Shown here: positions 57,253-64,000 of the stretch, piece by piece
Numbering within the stretch: the stretch's first letter is position 1
Layout: every line of letters starts with the position of its first letter
Virus record (IMG/VR): IMGVR_UViG_3300016457_000282
Location: 32,001-96,000 of that record
DNA from: a virus
DNA length: 64,000 bases
Direction: 5' to 3' (one strand)
Notes under the pieces: generated by a model
Told to the model about the DNA's origin: nothing
Databases searched by the model: none
Seen by the model: only the letters and a program-made list of their open reading frames with translations
Program-made: the position numbers and the translations under genes

Positions 57253-59783
57253 GTTTTTAACCCTCCTTATTTGATATTGAGTTAAATCGAGCTACTACTA
57301 CAAAACTCTCTTTCTCAAGCTTACAGTGAACCTTCTAAAGAGAGTCTCGTGCCTTGAATAACATTGTTACTCTTGCTACAAATACGCTCGTCCTCGCTAT
57401 AACATATAAGACGACCGGCATAAGCGTCACAAAAAATCTTCACTACACTTAGGCAAGGCTTTGCCGCAAGCTAAGTATTTGTCTTTCGTGCCATAGATGT
57501 AACATTTCATAGCTTACTCTGCTACTTTTTTAGTCTAATCTTCCTAACATAGGCCAATGAACCATAATAAAAGATCCTCTTACAGTCACTGTATTAGAGC
57601 CACCTTCAACTAAGTCTTTGACACTCAAAGTGGCTTTTCCGTAAGTTCGGAATAAAGCCTGGGCTCGCTCGTGTCCATAGTAGTCTTCAGAGTAGGCTCT
57701 CCAAATATAGAGAGCTCCTTCAACTATTTTGATTTCGTGATGACCCATGTTAAAAGAATCGCCTTGAACCAACGTGTCAAACCCATCACTTTTTTCACAA
57801 GAAGGATAAACAAACAGTTTCAGTCGACTAAAAGAAATTGAAGAAGCTACAAAGAAAGCTCTCTGCCGCAGCCCTGGTATCACGCTACCTTTTAGTTTTA
57901 TTTTACCGTTACACTGCCCGAGTCGAGGTAATTTGTATATGTATTCAGAGTCATTTAGAATTTCTACAATATCTTCTACTCCTAAATCAGGAGCAGACAA
58001 CCAATTCTGAGATAAAGGAGGTTCAGGACAAAAACGCCCTGGAACTTTACGAGCAAGTTCTTGGACCCCTTTGGAAATTAAATCTCTCAGCTCACTTTCT
58101 TTAGGAGGCGGGTAATAACAGTTAATTAATTTAATGTCAGCGGCCTGTAATGGTTCGGATTCAAATTCCCGGGGAGTTGTACCTCCTGCAGGATTTATAC
58201 TGCCCGGCATTTGTACTCTCACTACAGGAGTATCAGGCTCAATATACCAATGATACCTTTCGTTCAAATAACCTTTTAGTTTTCGTAAGCTACAGTAGGA
58301 CAAACTCCCCAATTATCTTCTTGATATGCTAAAGAGAACTGTACATTGAAAGTCTTAGTATTGCTAGCTCCTGTATTTAACAGTTTCACAACTTAACCTC
58401 CTAAGAGTAAGCTGGCTAACCAAAGCCAGAAGTTCTTCATCAGAAAATTCCTTATGGACTATTCTAATGAATCCGTTAAGGGTAAGAGTATCAATTCTGA
58501 ATAAGACTTCTTCCCCAGAACTAGTCTTACCTACAATAAAAACTTCATTCTGGTCAGAGTCATATACATAAATGTAGTCACCAATTTTAACTCTCAGTCC
58601 TGACATAAGGGCTTCTATTACAACTGTGCAAGCATCTCTTGACTTCGTCCTTAATCCTTCACTGGACATAACTTAACTCCTTATAAGTTAGTCATTTATG
58701 TTAAGCCATTTCCCTACTTTAGCTGCAGAACCCCAACAGTCGGCCGGAGCTTCGTTATACAAATAGTAAACATAAGCAGGTAAATTTCGAATGTTAACAT
58801 CATCTGCGCACAGCACTGCTCCTGTAAGATCATTACTCAACACAGCTCTTAGAAAGTCTCCTATTGGTACTCTCTTCTCGATGTATAACCGTAAACCACG
58901 AAACATGCGCTGAGGGATGTAAAACTCTCCTACTTCGTATGCTACATCTGTACAGTCAATAGCATCGAAAGTCACTCCCCCTTTAAAAGACTCTCCGAAG
59001 AGGTAGACTAAAGAGTCCTCAATCTCTTGTGCTCCGTTGATGAGCTTCGCGCACGGATCGGTATCATTCACTAAAAATGTAATCGTAACTTTCTTCATGA
59101 TACCTCCTTACTACTACCTGTGATTAGTTGGTCTAGAGTTAACAATCTCAAACGGTCCTTAATTATTCTTGAGGCATACGTGTTGCTGCTTAAGACCACT
59201 GAGATTTTTTCATTTGAGAAGAACGAGCTTTTAAGATCAAACGATGTCTTAGTAGGCACTAGTACGCCCAGCTTTTCGAGGATCACGCTTACCACGTCGG
59301 CAGGTAAGTCCTTATTAGCTTGGAAGTATAACGCTTCTGAAAACTTACGGTCAACTGAGCCGTGACCCATTACTAAGAAGGAAATAGGTGGTATACTAAT
59401 CCGTCCGCGTACTGCTACATAACGGAGAAATTCCTTTGGCGATGCCGCAGACGAGGTAAATTTCTCATACTCCAATTCATCGAGTAACTGCTTAAGCGTC
59501 TGATCTAGCTCCTTTTCGGACGCCATCTCAATAAAAAAGCGCATTCTGCCTGTATAAAGGCGCTCGCAATACCAACTAGAGAAGTCGACGAGATCTGAAT
59601 AAGTCATATCAGGATCTTTCTTTAGTTTTTTGAGTATTGTACTTTGTGTATACATAGGCGCAAAACGAATAGTAATCGTTTTCTTGAAGAATTGAAATTC
59701 TAAGCTTGCTCGCGAATTAGGTAATCGCGCAGTTAGAATTTTTACACTAGACGGTATAAAGTGCATAACCTCTACCTCCGTAC

Positions 59784-59972
59784 TTATACTCTTCGTCCTG
59801 GCCCTTTTATCGGATCCTCGATTTGAAGAACTACGTCAAGGAACCCTTTATTCTCAACAACTGCTCTAACGTAAGTCCTCAAGACAGTAGCCCGCGAGAG
59901 ATGGTATTGTGTACAAATCTCGTCGAACTGATCTAGAAGATCGTCAGGGATAGATAAACAAATCACTTTCAC
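59784..59972 (-). CDS. RHH protein (mirror copy)
   Basis: Identical to 26459-26647. Confidence 0.75.
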   Translation of the reverse strand: MKVICLSIPDDLLDQFDEICTQYHLSRATVLRTYVRAVVENKGFLDVVLQIEDPIKGPGRRV

Positions 59973-60095
59973 GACAACCTCCTCATTTCTAAAGTTTGAG
60001 AACAGTAAGAGATTTTTCGCCGAGTTGCGCTACTGTCTAACTCCTTGTCGTTTGATGGCACGAACGAGAGTAAACTTTTCCTATATTAATGAGTA

Positions 60096-60602
60096 TTACA
60101 ACGAGTCTTGCATTAAGAAAACATATCTCTTGGACTTACCGAACTTAAGAGCGTCTTCTTTACGCCACATGAATACATCAACGTGTGGTCCTTTTACTTT
60201 TGGAGACATTAGATCTCCAATGATTTTGACTCCAATTCCTTCAATATAAACTTTTCGACCCGGCGACCAACCTTGGCGCAGTAAGTCTCGAGAAATAGCA
60301 ACGTACTTAGGATGAACTCTTTTGAGAAAAGCAGTGGTATAGGGAGTAGAGTCGCATTCACGAATGGAGGGCGAATATGCAGTAACAGTAGCGATGACAT
60401 AGTTCTTGTACTTCAGGGATTTGAGCTCTACTGTGAGGGAACTTACTTGCTTGGTTAAATCAGAGATGATCTCTTGTTGTCGAGCAATGATATAGTCGTA
60501 CTGAGAAAATTTGTCGCTAATGTATTTACCTGCTGTAAATGAAGTAAGAGCAGCAAGACAGATAGTACTACCTGCAAAGAGTTGAGCTAATCTTCTGTTC
60601 AT
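60096..60602 (-). CDS. 3D-domain protein (mirror copy)
   Basis: Identical to 25829-26335. Confidence 0.8.
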   Translation of the reverse strand: MNRRLAQLFAGSTICLAALTSFTAGKYISDKFSQYDYIIARQQEIISDLTKQVSSLTVELKSLKYKNYVIATVTAYSPSIRECDSTPYTTAFLKRVHPKYVAISRDLLRQGWSPGRKVYIEGIGVKIIGDLMSPKVKGPHVDVFMWRKEDALKFGKSKRYVFLMQDSL

Positions 60603-61529
60603 GAAGCCTCTGCTAGTAAATACTTTAACGGACGACCTGTCTTATACTCAACGATCTGGTCCGGAGAAGCAAATTTGAAATAAGGACACTTTATACACGT
60701 CCAGCCCAATGCGTTGAGCTGGGCCGCTTTCGTTAGACATTTATCGTAAAGCGGACAACTTATCCACTTCTTACAAACTGCCTTGGGTTTATTTATCATT
60801 TTAGGGTTCATAATCACTAATCAGTATAGTTGTTAAGATAAGTAGACAGACATTCCACAAGATAGTTTGAGTCGCTAAGTATTCACGAGGTAGAATACTC
60901 AATACTTCTACTTCCTCAGAAGGCCGCATTGAATAAGGTTCAGGAGCACCGCTAGCTCCTTGTGCCAGAGCTCCTAGTACGTTAGATAACCGATTAACAG
61001 GTTCAGACATTAATGAACACACTTGCGCCGTTTGTCTACGAGCTGTCATTAACAGCGTAGCAACCAAAACTCTCGGTTTTTCACAGAGATACTCGACCGT
61101 CTGTTCAAACCTAGCCAAGTCTCCTTCTAGAAATGACATTATTCGTCGCTGCAAATCTATAAACTCTTGAAAGAGTACTGTCTTCTCAATCCCTACTGCT
61201 TCAGCTAAACTATCACGTTCGTGATCAAACATCGTTTTGACCTCCTTACACAAAAGGTTACTGAGCGTCTATACGTTGTCTTACTTGATCCAAAATGTTC
61301 TCTATTACTCGTTCTACTTCAACATAGTCTCCTTCATCTAAAGAGATGAGATCCTCTTTAGTCAGAGTAATTTTGTACTCGTCTTCTAAAGGAAGATCTC
61401 GCAAACTTAACTCACACAAACAATCTGACGCTGGCGAGCTAACTATACTGCCGTTACTATTACGATACATTCGAGCGCCGCACTTACGGCAAGTTCCTAG
61501 AAATTTCACTTCTTGATTCCTCCTTTCAC

Positions 61530-62675
61530 TTAATCAATATAGTAAACAGTACCAAAAGGTACTCGTATGTCTAACGTTTGGAAAGTTCTAACTACAATCC
61601 AAATCACAGAGTAAGTAGGTGTCTTTTGAGGAAAGGTACCAAAAGTGTCTGTAAAGTATACGAACAAGTCAGGTTTCAGTTTTCTCTTCTCAACATCTTC
61701 AAAAGGCGGTGCTAGACTAGTACCTCCACCTCCTCTCAAGTTCGCAACCAGCTCGTCATACGACGGGTTATGTAATACAGCGTGAATATCAGCATCTATC
61801 ACATAAACCCAATGTTCTGAAACTAACTTCTCAACTCGTTGATATTCAGCACAGAATTTCGAAAGTTCTTGTTGCGAAATACTACCTGAGGTATCAAAAG
61901 CCGTAACGAGATTAAACTCCTTCTTGTAGTTACCAGCTAAACGAACGTCGCAAGCGATTTGGTAGTACGGTAACTTCGTATAGGTTGGTGTAGCAACTTT
62001 CTTTCCTATGAAAGACAAAATCCTAGCCGCGATTACTCGCTCCCAAGGAACTTGAGACTTATAACCTTGGTCAATCTCACGCAGCACGTCGGCAGAAACA
62101 CTACCTTGGGACTTGAGATGATTCCCAAACTCATATAATGATCCAGTACTTATCGGCAGAGGTTCAGTAAAGTGCTTAGGGGGTCTGATACCATCTACAG
62201 TAAGCGGTACTAATCGTATTGTCTTGCCGCCAAACTTAAACTCGGTTTTTCCTTCCTTTTTAGTCTTATCTACTAAGCGTTGTAACTCTCGATAAATCAA
62301 CTCGGCAGGCCCATCAGGAATATCTCGAAACAGTATAAACCTATGTTGTTCAACCCAATTCACAGACTCAAGCTCGAGGACAGTAGTTAATAAGTTGTTT
62401 ACAACATGGTCAATAGCTAGTCCCCAAAGGACTCGATCTTTTCCAGCACCTCTTCTAATGTGGTTGAATATGTAGTGTAGCAGTTCGTGACAGTACACAA
62501 ACAACTGAGTTTGATAATCTTCTTCTTCAGATATTACAATGTGACTATCTCGAACCAGACAACCGCCTATTTCACTAGGCAACTTATCGAAGTAGATCGG
62601 AATTTGTAATGCAGCAGATGTTCCTACCTTTCGATAAGCATCAATTCTTAGTTTTGTATCCTTTTGTTTCTTCAT
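61530..62675 (-). CDS. DUF2201/VWA protein (mirror copy)
   Basis: Identical to 23756-24901. Confidence 0.85.
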   Translation of the reverse strand: MKKQKDTKLRIDAYRKVGTSAALQIPIYFDKLPSEIGGCLVRDSHIVISEEEDYQTQLFVYCHELLHYIFNHIRRGAGKDRVLWGLAIDHVVNNLLTTVLELESVNWVEQHRFILFRDIPDGPAELIYRELQRLVDKTKKEGKTEFKFGGKTIRLVPLTVDGIRPPKHFTEPLPISTGSLYEFGNHLKSQGSVSADVLREIDQGYKSQVPWERVIAARILSFIGKKVATPTYTKLPYYQIACDVRLAGNYKKEFNLVTAFDTSGSISQQELSKFCAEYQRVEKLVSEHWVYVIDADIHAVLHNPSYDELVANLRGGGGTSLAPPFEDVEKRKLKPDLFVYFTDTFGTFPQKTPTYSVIWIVVRTFQTLDIRVPFGTVYYID

Positions 62676-62676
62676 T

Positions 62677-63666
62677 TTACTCTCCTAAAATAGCTGCTAG
62701 TTCATCTACAATTTCTTTCATGTGTCTATTACGATACAGGAACTTGACCTGATCGGGAAATCGAGTGAGAACTAGTCTGAAGTAACAAGCTCGAGCGTCC
62801 GGAGTCAACTTCTTAATTGTCACAAGTATGCGGTCTGTGGGCTTGTATGACGATAGAAAGGCTGCCGCGGCTACTTGATCTTTCAAATCAGCGTCAGTGA
62901 AATCTTTCGACAAAAGATCATTGAGAGACTGATTCAGAAAAGGCCAAGCATCTACTATTTTGGATCCAGCATCGATTCCTACTACACCTGGAGCCACTTC
63001 AATTGAGAATCCTGCCTTAAGTGCCTTATCTAAAGAAAACCAAGCTCGAGGCGATGGAAACTTCTGACTCGTTCCTGGATCAGGCGTATATAAGTAGTCT
63101 GTTCCATAAGAAGACAAGAATGTAATAATTCTATTATCAAGACCTTGAGAAATCGCATACTTTACGAAGTCTTCTAGAGTAGGAGTGTACCCGACGAAAA
63201 GGTCGAACCTATCCATAATAGGCGCCATTATCTCAGAGGCGCTAGCTGACGCCAGACCAATATTTCCAGCTGCAACGAACCTGGTCGACTCTGGAACTGT
63301 ATGTCCATGCAGTCTTCTGCACAATAGTAACTCATATAAAGGGCTTTGATTGTATTCACGAACTAAATGAATGTCGTCGAAAAACAGAGCCGTGTTTTCC
63401 TTTTCTGGTAGCCAATCAGGCCGAGACCAAACAGTCCTTCTCTCAACTAGCCAAGGAATGCCTTTAGCCTCACCTGGCTCCATTAAATAGAGTCGTACCT
63501 CAGTCGGTGTCAGTACAGCAAACGATTCTGAGACTTCACTTATAGCTTGGAAGAAAATTTCGCTCTTCCCAATACCTGGCGCCCCTGAGGCCAAAACAGA
63601 TAAATTGTTTCGCAGACACTTTACTAGTACTTCTTTTAACGCGTAACTTCCTTCGATTCTATACAT
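62677..63666 (-). CDS. MoxR-like AAA+ ATPase (mirror copy)
   Basis: Identical to 22765-23754. Confidence 0.85.
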   Translation of the reverse strand: MYRIEGSYALKEVLVKCLRNNLSVLASGAPGIGKSEIFFQAISEVSESFAVLTPTEVRLYLMEPGEAKGIPWLVERRTVWSRPDWLPEKENTALFFDDIHLVREYNQSPLYELLLCRRLHGHTVPESTRFVAAGNIGLASASASEIMAPIMDRFDLFVGYTPTLEDFVKYAISQGLDNRIITFLSSYGTDYLYTPDPGTSQKFPSPRAWFSLDKALKAGFSIEVAPGVVGIDAGSKIVDAWPFLNQSLNDLLSKDFTDADLKDQVAAAAFLSSYKPTDRILVTIKKLTPDARACYFRLVLTRFPDQVKFLYRNRHMKEIVDELAAILGE

Positions 63667-64000
63667 AATAGCACACTCCTCCTTAATCTTGTTTAACTAT
63701 CGGTGTTTCACGTAACCAAGCAATTAGATCAGCTTCAGACGCAAACCAATAAAACTGGTCTCCAACTAACATTCTCTCTTGAATGAACCTGATCAACTCT
63801 TCTGGACTAGAAGCACCCATACTTTCACGGTCCATGCCTCTATCGAGATAGGCCGAAAACCAACTGTACGCTCGTTCTCTACCAGCAGCGTCGTAAGGTC
63901 CTTTGAGGATTCTGTAGGACGGCGAGTAGAAACAAACCCACAACAACACACCTTTGTTTTCTTCTAAAACAGTTCGTAACTTATCTAATGTAATAACCTC

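Larger units (their letters stand above)
22431..64000. repeat. giant inverted repeat (arms 22431-43215 and 43216-64000, truncated by the window end)
   Basis: Every ORF is mirrored with start+end sums of 86431 and identical translations; no spacer at the centre. Confidence 0.97.

Noticed and set aside
43216-64000. Independent second set of genes or a true segmental duplication
   Set aside because: It mirrors 22431-43215 with no divergence seen, so it was treated as the same DNA read back. Only selected mirror genes are listed.

Overview
This window looks like part of a large virus or phage-plasmid genome of a prokaryote. It has dense, mostly co-oriented short genes with AGGAGG ribosome-binding sites, and I saw no rRNA, tRNA or core host genes. 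Only ~43.2 kb is unique. Positions 43216-64000 are the reverse complement of 22431-43215 (mirror rule x' = 86431 - x), folded at a perfect AT-rich palindrome (...TAAGATCTTA|TAAGATCTTA...). That pattern fits read-through of a covalently closed hairpin telomere or a head-to-head concatemer junction. The unique part contains: (1) 1.2-8.5 kb, putative virion-delivered effectors (an ADP-ribosyltransferase, two zincin peptidases, a membrane protein) sharing a W/F-x-T-x-x-G-R-(R/K)-I motif, plus a UDP-sulfoquinovose synthase with two mini-inteins; (2) 8.5-10.5 kb, a minus-strand methyltransferase-like module; (3) 10.5-16 kb, a repeat-rich control region with a ParB-like gene, five copies of a 17-bp palindrome and an iteron-like array; (4) a retron-like reverse transcriptase flanked by two homologous structured RNAs; (5) queD, a MoxR-AAA/VWA pair, 3D-domain and RHH genes; (6) a solitary Cas7/RAMP-like gene followed by a ~1 kb non-coding array of 5-nt NNNGY units punctuated by xxxGGT hexamers, next to an intact IscB/omegaRNA element and IscB-end scars; (7) pentapeptide-repeat genes, pyrE, small phage genes and a Holliday-junction-resolvase-like gene beside the fold. 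The best candidate for an unusual system is the Cas7-like gene plus pentamer array. All calls come from reading motifs by eye; no searches were run.
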